DNA from: Tubulanus polymorphus
Taxonomy: Eukaryota; Animalia; Nemertea
DNA length: 64,000 nucleotides
Assembly: GCF_964204645.1 (NCBI RefSeq)
Contig: NC_134035.1
Span: 12,680,451-12,744,450 of the forward strand
Direction of reading: 5' to 3'
Both the position numbers and the translations under genes were made by a program. A model generated the notes under the pieces. That model was given only the letters and a program-made list of their open reading frames with translations, was not told the DNA's origin and did no database searches. Numbering within the stretch: the first letter of the stretch is position 1; each line of letters starts with the position of its first letter. This document shows positions 1 to 28,100 of this stretch, in pieces.

Positions 1-149
1 TAACTTTGTGAATTGTAAATGGGCAGAAAGTGGCCACCCTGTCTCTCATGATAGAATACATACCGGTGGTCAACCGCTCCAACTGTCAAACTGGTTTTGA
101 AATTTCGTGATTAATAGATTTCAATGTGATATTCTCTTTCTCTGATCAG

Positions 150-1300
150 GTACGAACAATGCTCGTTTAGCCGCCATGTTACGTCAATTAGCCGTCTATC
201 ATTCGAAAGATCCGAACAATTTATTCATGGTTCGTTTGGCTCAGGGTTTGACTCATCTCGGTAAAGGAACTCATACGCTGTGTCCGTATCATAGCGACCG
301 TATGTTAATGAGTAACGTAGCAGTCGGCGGTCTGATGTCTGTTCTAGTGTCTTGTCTAGATGTTAAAAACTGTAAGTAGTACTCAACTCCCTATTTCACT
401 CGGAAAATTCGCCCAGGAAATAATTTGGGAAAAACTGTGGGTAGAATGATATTGGTTATTGATATTTTTGTATATTTGTTGTTTCAGTGATTCTGGGTAA
501 AGCTCATTATTTATTGTATTACCTGACGCCGGCCATTCAACCGAGAATGTTAGTAACGTTCGATGAGGAATTGCGCCCGAAACCGGTAACAGTTCGAGTT
601 GGACAGGTGAGTAAGATATCCCGAACATTGTGACAGCAAACTTCAGGATACCAGAAAATCTGTTTCTTGCGTGAATAACTGATAGATCTATATACAATGG
701 AACCTCCTTACAACAAACTCAGAAAACAAGAAAATCTGTTTGTTATAACCGATAGTTTTATATACAGTGGAACTGTGCCCTGGGGCTGCTTGCATTGTCT
801 TAAGACCAGACTAAGACCAACTTCTAAGTTCTATAGTCAATCTAACAACTTAAGACCAGTCTTAAGATTAAAGACCACTTTTGGATTTAAGTCACGACTG
901 TGCAACTGGGCCCTGGGGCCAGTACCACAGTCGAGACCCAAGTTCAAAAGTGATATTAAGGCTCAAGATTCCTCTTAAATCGTTTGATTGACTATAGAAC
1001 TAAAAGTCTTAGACTGGTCGTATTAGCCCGGACTATGTAACCTGCCCCTGGGCACCAGCGTATAACCAACCGGAGTGACAGAAATGAGTTTTGCGTTTAT
1101 CCTAATTTCAGGCGGTCGACGTGGTCGGACAAGCGGGAAAACCGAAAACGATAACCGGATTCCAGACTCACACGACGCCGGTATTACTCGCGTACGGAGA
1201 ACGAGCTGAATTAGCGACCGAGGAATTTATTTCTCTGAATCCCGTCATGGAAGGATTCGTTATATTGAAGAAAAATCCCGACTACGACGAACAACCGTAA
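150..1300 (+). CDS. PSMD2: 26S proteasome non-ATPase regulatory subunit 2 (Rpn1), last three exons (5'-partial)
   Basis: GT-AG exons 150-371, 488-606, 1112-1300 join in frame: [93 protein letters not shown]; TAA 1298-1300; AATAAA near 1713. Confidence 0.97.
780..1050. mobile_element. two adjacent MITEs, GGGGCC-ended family
   Basis: Internal aagaccagtcttaagatt/agtcacgactgtgcaactgg sequence is the reverse complement of the copy at 9950-10089. Confidence 0.6.
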
Positions 1301-1432
1301 GAGTGAATAACGCCGATAGTCGTAGTATCCGACGCTAGTTTCTTATCAACCGACAAGTTTATGCAGTATGCGAAACAATTTGAACTTTAAACTTTAAATG
1401 AAAGGAAAAGATGTAAACTTGAAATCAATGAA

Positions 1433-1433
<1 letters not shown>

Positions 1434-1484
<51 letters not shown>

Positions 1485-1602
1485 CCTCTCTCTCTCTCTC
1501 TCCCTCTCTCCCTCTCTCCCTCTCTCCCTCTCTCCCTCTCTCCCTCTCTCCCTCTCTCCCTCTCTCCCTCTCTCCCTCTCTCCCTCTCTCTCTCTCTCTC
1601 TC
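1434..1602. repeat. (CT)n / (CTCTCTCC)n microsatellite in PSMD2 3' UTR
   Basis: Directly visible pyrimidine repeat. Confidence 0.95.
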
Positions 1603-1770
1603 TGCACTGAGTAGAGTCGAGATGTTTGCGCAAAACATTTTTATTGATAATTTCTTGGTTTGCATTTTTGTTTGTACTTGTGTAAATATATCATATATAC
1701 AGTAAATGTATGAATAAAATTAATGTATTCAATGTACATGAACAAGTGTGAGTTCTTATAGATATATCGA

Positions 1771-2540
1771 TCAGTAGATTGTGCCCCTTACAACTCAGTA
1801 GACTGTGCCCCTTACAACTCAGTAAACTGTGCCCCTTACAACTCAGTAGACTGTGCCCCTTACAACTCAGTAGATTGTGCCCCTTACAACTCAGTAGACT
1901 GTGCCCCTTACAACTCAGTAAACTGTGCCCCTTACAACTCAGTAGACTGTGCCCCTTACAACTCAGTAGACTGTGCCCCTTACAACTCAGTAGACTGTGC
2001 CCCTTACAACTCAGTAGACTGTGCCCCTTACAACTCAGTAAACTGTGCCCCTTACAACTCAGTAGACTGTGCCCCTTACAACTCAGTAGACTGTGCCCCT
2101 TACAACTCAGTAGACTGTGCCCCTTACAACTCAGTAGACTGTGCCCCTTACAACTCAGTAAACTGTGCCCCTTACAACTCAGTAGACTGTGCCCCTTACA
2201 ACTCAGTAGACTGTGCCCCTTACAACTCAGTAGATTGTGCCCCTTACAACTCAGTAGACTGTGCCCCTTACAACTCAGTAGATTGTGCCCCTTACAACTC
2301 AGTAGACTGTGCCCCTTACAACTCAGTAGATTGTGCCCCTTACAACTCAGTAGATTGTGCCCCTTACAACTCAGTAGATTGTGCCCCTTACAACTCAGTA
2401 GACTGTGCCCCTTACAACTCAGTAGATTGTGTCCCTTACAACTCAGTAGACTGTGCCCCTTACAACTCAGTAGACTGTGCCCCTTACAACTCAGTAGACT
2501 GTGCCCCTTACAACTCAGTAGACTGTGCCCCTTACAACTC
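1771..2540. repeat. 24-bp minisatellite, ~32 copies (tcagtagactgtgccccttacaac)
   Basis: Near-perfect 24-bp period between convergent PSMD2 and DDB1. Confidence 0.97.
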
Positions 2541-3293
2541 GGGTTTGAAATCACGGCTAGATACTATACTTATCAAGCATCTCTAATAACCCCCTTCAGA
2601 CGTATCAGCAGCTTGGAAACTTAGCCCTCTTTGATATCTGGATACGAGAACCATCTGGCGGAATTTCACCGATAGCGTCACCAAGGAAGACGACTACCTC
2701 GAAAGATATTGGGACGAGGGAAATACCGGTACATCAAGAACTTGATCGCCATCTATTGGCTGTTTGCTGAACTGATTAGATTACTCTGTCTACACAATCA
2801 GTTTCAATGGACGGTATAAAGTCCTAATATCCTCTATTCAGCATCGCTCACTGGGAACCAGTTTCAGTAACAGGACTCCCTTGTTTATTATTAAGTTCAT
2901 TTAGATGCTTAGAACTCCAACCGAAGAAATCAATTCTCATTAAATTTTAACAAAGCGCAAATTTCATTTTTATTCGTATCTAATAGTTTACACGATGTTC
3001 CGACGACGTAAACGCTGATGATTAGCTCAAGCGAGAAACAAAAACAATCGACTGAAAATTATCATTTTCCGATTCGATTCGGAATCGTTTTGATAAACAA
3101 CATCACGTGCGTGTGTGAGACATACTACAGCAGCAGCTACCTGATCATACCTGCATCATTGACAGTAACTAATAACTAATCAATCACTGTGTTCTCTCTC
3201 TCTCTAAATCCCTCACTGATCATACCGTTATCTTCGAGAATTATCTCCGCATTTCTACTTGAAATGTTCATTGTTTTTTTTTTCTATCTATTC

Positions 3294-17918
<14,625 letters not shown>

Positions 17919-19874
17919 CTCACACGAGTTCGATCAGCCGTCAAAATCCCAAAAATAATCGAAAAATAGGCTTTTAGGAAACGCGAGGCCGACGACTCGA
18001 TCAAAATCGCGAGCGTCAGGTTCTCTTCGATGGCCTTGAGATTCGCGTGGATTGAACAACCACCCCGAATGCCATTAGGTTCGAATCCCTGCCGAGGGGC
18101 GATGGGAATAGATTTGCAGCGGCAAATTAGCTCTCGATAGAGTAACTCGAATCTTAGTTTTTTGTTCTGAATCATTCGGCTAGTAACAGGGCTCGTATTT
18201 AGCGATCGCCTCCAAGAAATGTTTGAAAAGTGCCCTTTTTCCAATATATTTGTTATATCAGAACTTTCCCTTTTCGGGTTTCTCTGTGCCCCCTACGATT
18301 CAAATGCTAGAGAAATACGGCCCTGAGGGATGATACCTTGTTTCTCGCAGCCGCCGGGTCACTTAGGTAAACGGTTGTAATCGGTTCATTTCTAGGCTAG
18401 CTGTGGGTCTCGTTTATAGCCTGGTCATGATAAAAAAACCGTCGTTATAGGCCTCACCCCTATTGGGGATTACTCGACGAACTAAACAGTTTTTTTCTTT
18501 TTTTAGTCAAGATCAAGAATGTAGTGGCTGTTCAGCAGACTGGGAAACAAGTAGCGATTGTTAAGCCTAACTGGTTGTAACTCACGGGCGTATAAAAATC
18601 TGACGCCCGTCAAGACCGTTGACAGTGCCGGACTCGGCGAAGGATTATCGATTTGATCAAATTAGACACGTCCGCAAAAAGATCTGCGTTTAAAATTTCT
18701 GGTCAAATTCGTGTGGGTCGTTGAGAGCTTGTATAGCACTTAAAATGACAATTCGAAAGCGTCCATTATTGTACAATGAACCCGTTTGCTGTAAAACACG
18801 AACAATTAAACGATATACAAAACAAGATTCAACTGGTCAAAATACCATACTGTTATATACAGTATGTTGTCTGGTTCGTAAAGTTCACACATTGACCCCA
18901 TGCGTACCGTACATTTGCCGTCAAATGGCAGTCAATTGCGGCGCGGCGTTGAGTACACGTCCCTATAACGTCTACACGAATCGGTCAAGAGTCGTCCATG
19001 GATAATAAGCGCATACGGCGTAAGTGAAGTGATTCTCTTTGCGGGTTATAGGTGTATAATTTTCGCTCAAACGCGCGCCCATGAGTTTGCCTTTTTTCTT
19101 AATTAATCGTCAGATAAGTTTAGGGTTATAACACGTATGATGACTTAACGAAAATCGGAATTAATTGATGTATGATCATAGAAATAATGTTAAATAAACT
19201 AAACTGAATAAACTGTGTAACGGTCAGGGATCGTGGTCACAGGGATCGCAATTAATGGTCCATAGAGTTGAGCTGAAGCGTCAATTTTTTTTAAATAAAG
19301 ATTTTCGCCTCGAGTCAATTTATTTAAAATACGTGCATTAATTACATCGCGTAGAAAAGAACCGGTTTAAAATTCGATATCTTGGATAATCATTTTTTCT
19401 AAGTGCGTATAAGGCCTATATGTTTTTGTAACCGAGTTTAGTGAGACGTGCGCATTTTAGCTCATGAAAAGTAGGTAAACCTTTATAGACAATGGACATA
19501 ATGTAGATGCGGTTTAAGACCTATGTTCTATAGATCTGAGAGATTGGTTTTACCACCAATAGTTTGTATTATATAATCAGTTCGTTTTTTAATATTAGAA
19601 TATTTTAATCTTAAGTCAACGGAACTGAGTTCATCTGTAAATGTGTGAAGACAAACATGGACCTGGGTCTGAATTAAGCTTGAATTCAAATTCAGAATTG
19701 TAATATTAAGATAACGGGACCCATGCAGTTAGGCTTAGGCACAGCTAAGTTGATTTGTCCTAGCTGTGTGTCTTTCTCAACCATATTTGGCGATCTTATT
19801 GTGAAAACTGTGTCTAAATGTGTTTTGATTTGGCTTTTTTGTTTTTCGTTTTCAGATCTTCGCGCAAACTGAAT

Positions 19875-21308
19875 ATGAAACATTTTAGAAAAGCTTACTA
19901 CGGGATACTGGTCTGTATTGCTATTACGTGTATTATCGTTTTCGTTGCGGACCAAAGCATGAAAAGAACGGTCGATTCTGCGAATGCGATAGTGACGAAT
20001 AAGTGCAATACATCATCGTATCAAACCGTAGTGTACACAGACGTCGGTATACCGTTAAACGAAATCAAAATCCCGCCCGTTTATTCCAAACATATAGGTA
20101 CGTTGATTTCCGTAGATTATGTGTGACTGTTACCGGTCAGTCTGATGTGTGTCCTCAGTTTTAGAAGTTGTTAAACGAACCCATAGATCGTTTCTGAAGA
20201 AGTAGTTAGTATTTACCGTATCTCGAAAAATGAAAACAATAAGCTCAATTTATTATCAATTGTATGGATCCGTTTATTAACTGCAAGTGACTGTCTATAA
20301 CTCAATTGAAGGAAAAACCTCGAAAAATAAACTAAAAACTAAATAGAGGATGTTGACGTTTCAACTCAAAAAATGCTGTGGACCATTTTCAAAAATTTTT
20401 TTTTTTTCTTCAATACAGGTACGTTATTAGAGACATTGCTAAACGCGAACAATCTGAAGTCATCGTGCGCGAAAATACCACGCCGAATTCACCAAACGTG
20501 GACCGACGAACATCGAATCCCGTCGGTTTACAAATCCACAATTCTCAAGTGGATTCAACATCACGGCGATTGGGAATATTGGTTTTGGACGGACGCTTTG
20601 GCCGAGCAGTTGGTCAAGGGTCGATTCCCGAAATACGCGTCGCTCTACGCGAACTACTCGCAGCCGATCAACCGGGCAGACGCGATGCGTTATTTCATCC
20701 TGCACGAATTCGGAGGAGTTTACGCCGATTTGGATGTCGTCGCGTTACGACCGTTAGATCCCTTAACCGAAGTTCACACGTTCGTTATTCCCGAGGAGAA
20801 CGCCGTCCACACGTACGCGCTGTTCGACCTGAATCGTATACCTTTAAACGCGTTAATGATGTCCACCGCCGGTCATCCTTTCCTGAAAACGATCATCGAA
20901 CAACTTCCCGAATTCAAAGACCTCGACGACGTCATATGGAAAACCGGTTCGCTGATGGTCGATTCGGTAATGACCAGTTACCAGAGTCGATTCCCTACTC
21001 GTGTTAATAACGCTAGTTTATGCGAGTCGGTTTATCTAGCGAGCTGGTCTCAGTTTAACCCTATTTATGACATCACTGCCGCGAATGTTGTTAGGAAAAA
21101 CTGCCAACATAGGGGCTCCTTCGACAAGGGCGCCATCTGTAATACCTTGAAGGCGATTCGATTCAAACAATTGTCTATACATCCGTCCGCTTTTTCTAAA
21201 CATCTATACCATCATATCTACACGGACAAGGGTCGAAAACTGACCGAGAAGGTTTTTAATATCAATGATTTAGGGATACGTAGGGTCAACATAGCCGAAC
21301 ATCTATAG
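19875..21308 (+). CDS. GT32-family DXD glycosyltransferase (SUR1/OCH1-like), type II membrane protein, ~370 aa
   Basis: Exons 19875-20097 and 20419-21308 join in frame. N-terminal TM (YYGILVCIAITCIIVFVA); motifs IPRRIHQTW, WEYWFWTD, RADAMRYFILHEFGGVYADLD, GHPFL. Confidence 0.88.
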
Positions 21309-21979
21309 CAGCAGATTGTGCGCTAAAACGGGGAAACCATCCGTTGAGTTGAGGGTTCATTTGAGGGTTCATTTGAGGGTTCATTTTTTCCGGTATTAAT
21401 CGGTTGCCCGAAAGGGAAAGCTTTTAGGCCGGTGATTGTCACCGCTGAATTTTCAGTGATACTGTCTCCTGTATTTATATAGTATGTTGCATATTTTGGA
21501 TGGTGAAAATCGAATATTTTCTTGTAGTGTATTTTTCGTGAATATCTTTTTTATATGCTGGGTCTGTACTGAATAAAACAGAAAGACAACTGATGAATAA
21601 ACCGACGATTTCTCTTATTTATTTCGTCCACTTTTCTTCAGTGTTTGACAATATCTACATGGAAATCTACAATTTTCAGAATTCGATTACAAACGAACAA
21701 TGGATTAATACATGAACACTTACAATGTTACGAGGAGAGCCACCTAGAGCCAGTTCCCCAGTTGTGAGTTAAGATTTCCGCCTTGCATTGAAAGTGAATT
21801 ATGTCGAATTCAACCTTGGGGCCAGTTGCTCAAAAGTTGGTTAAAGATAACCGGGGGATCAACTATCCACTGGTTAACTCGAATCAACTTTTGAGCAAAA
21901 CTGCAGGCCCCAGAACTCTGTGGAACTGGGGTTCTTAGCCGTCCTGTTACCAAGACTAATAAATGTGTATCCGAGGCGA

Positions 21980-22035
21980 CCAATGGAGCAGTTTAACGTA
22001 GCAACCGATCATAGTAACCAAATCACTAGGCAACT
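21980..22035 (+). promoter_or_regulatory. candidate promoter: CCAAT plus three RFX/X-box-like half sites
   Basis: ccaat at 21980; tagcaac, tagtaac and taggcaac within 21999-22034, ~150-200 bp upstream of ATG 22189. Confidence 0.35.
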
Positions 22036-22188
22036 GATATCCTCCGTAAGTCGTTTAGGATTCCGTGAGTTAGTGACTGTGGATTGTCAGTCATATTCCC
22101 ATCATATATTTGTTTCTACTTACCGACCAGAGATCATCTTTCTTGATGGGTTAGACTTTTTCTTCTCGAACGGTTTTCTGAGTTCAAA

Positions 22189-25100
22189 ATGGAAATCGAA
22201 TTCGAAGGTATGATAAAAACTGCATCAAATGTAATCAATAATGATTCAACAAAAACTATTACCAAACGAACTGGTGCGAATGTCGGAAACGGGCGGTTCC
22301 GATATATCAAACTTAATATATCAGACAAAATTGGTCTAAAGGGTCTTACGACTGGTCGCTTGTTATTTTGACTATAAAATTCATATGGTTTTAGATTATC
22401 CTTAAACCTAAGCCATGCCTGGGGAAATGGCCTCAACAGCACAATCGAAAAAAGAAACAATGTGATATGATTATTCCTTTTTTCAGAATTATCCAGTCAG
22501 AATTCTTTGCAATGGGATTCTTACATACCAGAAATTCGAAAATACGAAGTAGAGGTCATATCGAATTTAAACTTCGAGGATATTTCCGAACGAAACCCGG
22601 TAAGGCGTTCGAGATCGCAACCGAGCGTTTCAACAACATCATCAGAATCAGACTGTAACAGCGCGTCAACCTGGTATCTCACTCCCTCCGACTCGACGTC
22701 ATATATCAGTTTAACCGATAGCTCTCAGTCGTCGTGTTCCGCTGTACAAATCAGACGCTACAGTTTCGTAAAACTGTTCGAATATTGGAGCGGTTTAGTG
22801 AATAAAATATCGAAAAACAACGAAAAACAACCACAGTTACCGGTTACCGTATCGGATACCGTATCGTCGGTAACCTATTGTAACCAGTGGTTGGATCGAT
22901 GTAACACAGAATCCGGTGAGATTTCCTCGACTGATGAAGAGAAACAAAGTCCCGATGAAAATACTGAGATAACTAGTCAGTACATTACACCGCTGGGTTC
23001 AATAGCAAAGAAATGTTCGGTAGAACTTCTTCGAGATGAACGTATTCCGACTATACCTACATTTACAACTGATGTCGACGTGTTCAGTTCCAGCTCGGAA
23101 AACGAACCGGATGATTTCGCAGCCGAGACTGAAACACGAGCCGTTACTGCGTCACCTGTTACTGGTCAACTGCTGGACGATTTCAACGACAGTTTAAACA
23201 AATTAGAACAATTCTTATCCTCACCGAATACTTCATCATCGTCATCGTCGTCGTCATTAGATGAATGCTCAAAGGTTCAGGCGCATATGAAAACTCCTCA
23301 CGCGCCTTGTAACAGTCCGAACAGTGGTTATCTAGACACCGGACGCCCGAAAGGATGGTTGTGGCAAATCAAACCGCAGGGTATGTTCGGAGGAGCCCTC
23401 GACAGTGTAGGGCGCGGTAATTTGTCGTACATCTTCGACACGTTTAGATACGATCGTAGCGAATCGAATATCGTTACTGCTGTAAATAGCGAAGCATCTC
23501 ATCCAGAACCTACTGCGAATAATTCCAGAATAGAATCGACGTTTGATTCTGTTTCGGGTTTAGAAGATTCACAGATCGCTGAGGTAATTGCTTCTATTTC
23601 GCGGTCTCTCGTTTCGCGAGCCGTCGAAGCCGCTTTAGAAGAACTTAATTCACTTGCTCTCGAAATGGAAACACCAGAACATGTCCAAATTAAGAAACCC
23701 GGTGAAGATTCAGCTCATGAAAATCCGTGTCAAGAAATTGATGGATTAATGAATACAGAAATGGATGATGCTCACAATGAAGACTCGATTGAAGATACAA
23801 ATTATGTTTCAAAGACTGCTGGACATTTTGTTAAAGATGAAAATAATTACATCAACAAAAGATCCGAATTTGAGGTATCCTTAGAGGAAATAGTCGCCTA
23901 CCAAGGGTCCGCCTTTTCTATCGTAGATGACGCTATAATGGCTGCGTTAGACGAAGTGATGGTAAAATCTCCCATTGTTGATTACGGTTCAAACGTGATT
24001 GAAAAAACCCGAACATCTGAACATGAAGTATCTTTCGAAGAAATAGTCGCCTGCCGTGAGTCCGCTTTTGCTATCGTTAATGATGCTATAATCGCTGCGT
24101 TAGATTTAGTGATGGCGCAAGCACCAGTTGTTGATTGCGTTTCAAACGTTATCGAAAAAGCTTTGATTGTCGCGAACGCTGTTGATGTCGAGGATTCGCC
24201 GATTGCGCCGTTTATGGACGAGTACGACTGGGTAGAAAGAGGTATAACTGAATACGAGTTGGAATCGTATGATATTATAGAATATTGTGAGTTGGAGGCA
24301 CAAGATGGAGTCTATACAGCGTCGGCTATAGATATCGTAGCCGATGTCATTAGAAGCGCGCTGAAAATTGTCAACCACGACGATCGACTATGTGAGGTAG
24401 AATTAAAAAGGTCTGCCCAGACAATTGTAGACAATTCGATTAAATTAGCGTTGAAATTCTTATACTCGAAGAGCTATTCGACGTTGAATGCAACGATTTC
24501 GAATGTAGCAAGAAACGTCGACGTGGAGGACGATGACACAATTTCACCTTACCCCGGTCATTATCAGTTTATGAGCGAATTCGTTGAGACTGTCCTCCTG
24601 AAAACAAGGCGCCGTTCATCGAACAAGTACTGTTTTAGTTTGTCTAACGAACAAAAGACTGACGAAAAGCTGTCGCTCCAAACACGAATAAGACTTGAAG
24701 CACACGATGAAATAGACGTCACAACTAGATTGTACAATAACGCGCTGAAAGAACACGAATTATTACATAGATTTCTCAACGGCGAGAAGGACTGTCGTAA
24801 TCGTTATTACGAGGACATATTGCCCAGCGATTGGTGGAATACGGATGAATGTCTATTGAAACAATACGCTGAGGATATGAGTGTAAGCATCACGCAGAAT
24901 GCTGCGGTTACTGCAGCGTTTCTGTCGAAGGAAATGCGTACGACGAACATAGCTGTATACTCTAAACAACTAGCTGATGATATAATCAACTATGCGAAAT
25001 GGATCGTCACGTCGTCAGCCGGAGAGCCGGCATTACCTGAAGCTCAACAAACTAAACCGAACATGACGAAGCAACAACAGTTTCAAAATGTAGTTCTCAG

Positions 25101-28100
25101 TGAAAAGGATGTCCAGAAATACGGTCAACGTTGTGTCCGACATATCGATATGTACTCGCTGATAATGGCCGAGGATATAATAGAGGATGCTTACCAGCAG
25201 ATAAAAAGTGGCAATTACGATTTCGTCGGGACGGTGATAGATAATGGCGCTTCTAATGTATCAATAGCAAATGAAGATGAAAATGAAGGCTCTTGTACTG
25301 AAGATGAAATTGGCGTTCAACCAGAAGATGGCTACCTCATCGATGATAGTTTTCTCGATTATGAAGATTTCGAAATCGCTCGACAGCAATCGACGATAAA
25401 CGAATTCGTAGAGGATACTAGAAATACAATACAGTGGATCGCTTCGATGCCATTGTCCCATAAATCGAAAACAGCTTTTCCTAGAGCGACATACATGCGA
25501 ACCGTTTCATTTCTGGATTCATTCAAGTTGATGGCGAATGAAGTTTGGAATGAGAACTACGAGAGGTTTTGGTTGACCGACGGCATTCTTCGAGCGCAAG
25601 TTGAATTCTATAATCAGGACTTCATCGATGACCAGATGGAGAACCAGTCTAACGAGAATGTACGTACTGAAGACGCGGAAACTACGGAGGACGTTGATGA
25701 ACTAAATGATGAAAGAATAAAGGAAGTATCGCCATTGTCTGTGGAGCCGAAGCCGGCGAAATCAGAGCGTGAAGTTGAACTCCATGATGTAGCAGTGATA
25801 GCGAGTGATAAGAGTTATGATAATTCATGTAATGAAGATAATGAAGCTACGGAGAACGTTGATGAACAAACTGACGAAAGAACAAAGGACGAATCTCAAT
25901 TGTCTCTGGAGCCGAAGCCAACAAACTCAGAGAATACTGTTGAATCCATCGACGCTGAAATGGTCGCACCTAATGAAATCGAGGAGTTGGACATAGGCCT
26001 ACATTCATTTGAAACTCAAATTGCCACTGTCGAAAAGACCACAATTAAGTCAAAGCCGACAAAATGCTTTGCGTGTTTTTCATGTATGGCGTCGAATACC
26101 AATTCTGAGGTCGATGCGTACAAGAAAACACCAATGGCAAATCAGAAATCTTCGGACAGTTTTGAAAAACGAACTATCGTCTCGTTCACAGTTGGAAGCA
26201 GTTCCAGTGATGAAAATAGCGACGATGATGAAGATTTTGTTGATGTAGAAAATGAACCAGCTTGGGTAGATTTACCGGACGTCAGCTCTGACTCATACGC
26301 ATGCAATGAGGATACTTCACCTTACGGTGATTCTGGAAGTTCAAAAACCAGTTCAATGATTAGTTCTGCGACAGGTTCAGCAACCGGTTCGGCAACAAGT
26401 TCCACAAGTGGTTCAGGTAGTTATACGACTAGTTCGACAAACAGTTCAGAGACCACCTCTACGACTTGCTCGACGAATAGTTCAGCAACCAGTCCTGAAA
26501 CTAGCCTTACCATCAGTCCAGTGGCCAGCTGTACTATCGGTTCTGAGATCAGTAGTTGTAGCAACAGTCCTGGTACCAGTCGAAACACCAATCCAGTGAC
26601 TAGCTATACTACCAGTCCAGTGACCAGTTTGACCACCATTCCAGAGAGACATTCTACCACTATTATTCCAACTAGTTCATCGACGAGTAGCTCGACTTGT
26701 TCCCTGACCAGTCCAGTAACAAGCTGTAAGGCCAGTTCAGTGACTAGCTGTACTACAAGTCCAGTGACCAGTTTGACCACAATTCCAGAGAGACATTCTA
26801 CCACTATTATTCCAACTAGTTCATCGACGAGTAGCTCGACTTGTTCCCTGACCAGTCCAGTAACAAGCTGTAAGGCCAGTTCAGTGACTAGCTGTAAGGC
26901 CAGTTCAGTGACTAGCTATACTACCAGTCCAGTGACCAGTTTGACCACCATTCCAGAGAGACATTCTACCACTATTATTCCAACTAGTTCATCGACGAGT
27001 AGCTCCACTTGTTCCCTGACTAGTCCAGTAACAAGCTGTAAGGCCAGTTCAGTGACCAGTTTAAAAACCAGTCCTGGGAGTAATTCTACCACCAGTTTTC
27101 GAACTAGCTCAGCATTCAGTTCCAAGACAGGTTATTTAACCTGTTCTGTCACTAGTTTAACAGATACGGTTGAATATATCAACGTGAAACTGACCGGATG
27201 GGAAAACATTAATACACACTACACCACCGATGAAACTATGGTCATAGATGATGATGACAACGAAGATGACAATGACAACGAAATTGGTATATCTGATAGG
27301 GATAGCAAGTTAGCAAGAAGCAGTAGCTGGATATCAGAAAGCTCAGATAAATCTTATGATGAACAGGAACCGATAGAAGCCGGCGTCGATGGATCAGTTG
27401 ATGAAAATGATTATCAGCTTTATCAGGAATGGATCGAAGTAAATACTGACAATATCAACAATGACAACTCGGTTGAATCTGATAATCGTGAAGTAATGGC
27501 TGAATTTATGACTGATTCTCAGCGAGATATATGCATTGACGATAAACTATCCGGATCCTCAATAGTCCGAGTAAGATCCGATTCAGAATGGACTTGTTCA
27601 TCTTCAAATATGGGCAGTTCGTCAAATTTGGACGACCACAAAATGCCGTCGCATAAGTGGAGCTGGATTCATCAACAACGAATGAAAGATCACGAAATAG
27701 TGTCGGAGGCGAGGACTCAACCACTTGATTCAACTGCAACCGTGGTCTCCGCGAAAAGTGACGACTATTGCTTGCATAATGTGGAGAGTTGTGGCTTTAC
27801 TACTGATGACTCAGAGTTGGGAAAACTCGACTCTCAAAATGATACATCTGAAGTTGTTGACTATGATGTGGAGAAAAGTGAAGACACTTCGCACGGACGG
27901 AAGAGCGCGAATTCGTTGTATTCTGTGACTGAAATGTTAGGAAAACTTACGTTGGACGAATTCGACTCGCAAACGTCTGAACACGAGTTGACGATGAGAA
28001 AGTCACACTCGACGAGGGGGAAAAGTACCGGTGATAGTAGTAAGAGTAGTCTGACAAAAATGCTAGAACAAGAGGACGAAGCTCGTCTGCGCAATGACAC

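Noticed and set aside
1387-1665. RE/SL-repeat ORFs
   Set aside because: Translations of a CT microsatellite.
1691-2624. 287-aa and 281-aa Cys-repeat ORFs; CRISPR-like look
   Set aside because: By-products of a stop-free 24-bp minisatellite; no unique spacers, no cas genes, eukaryotic context.
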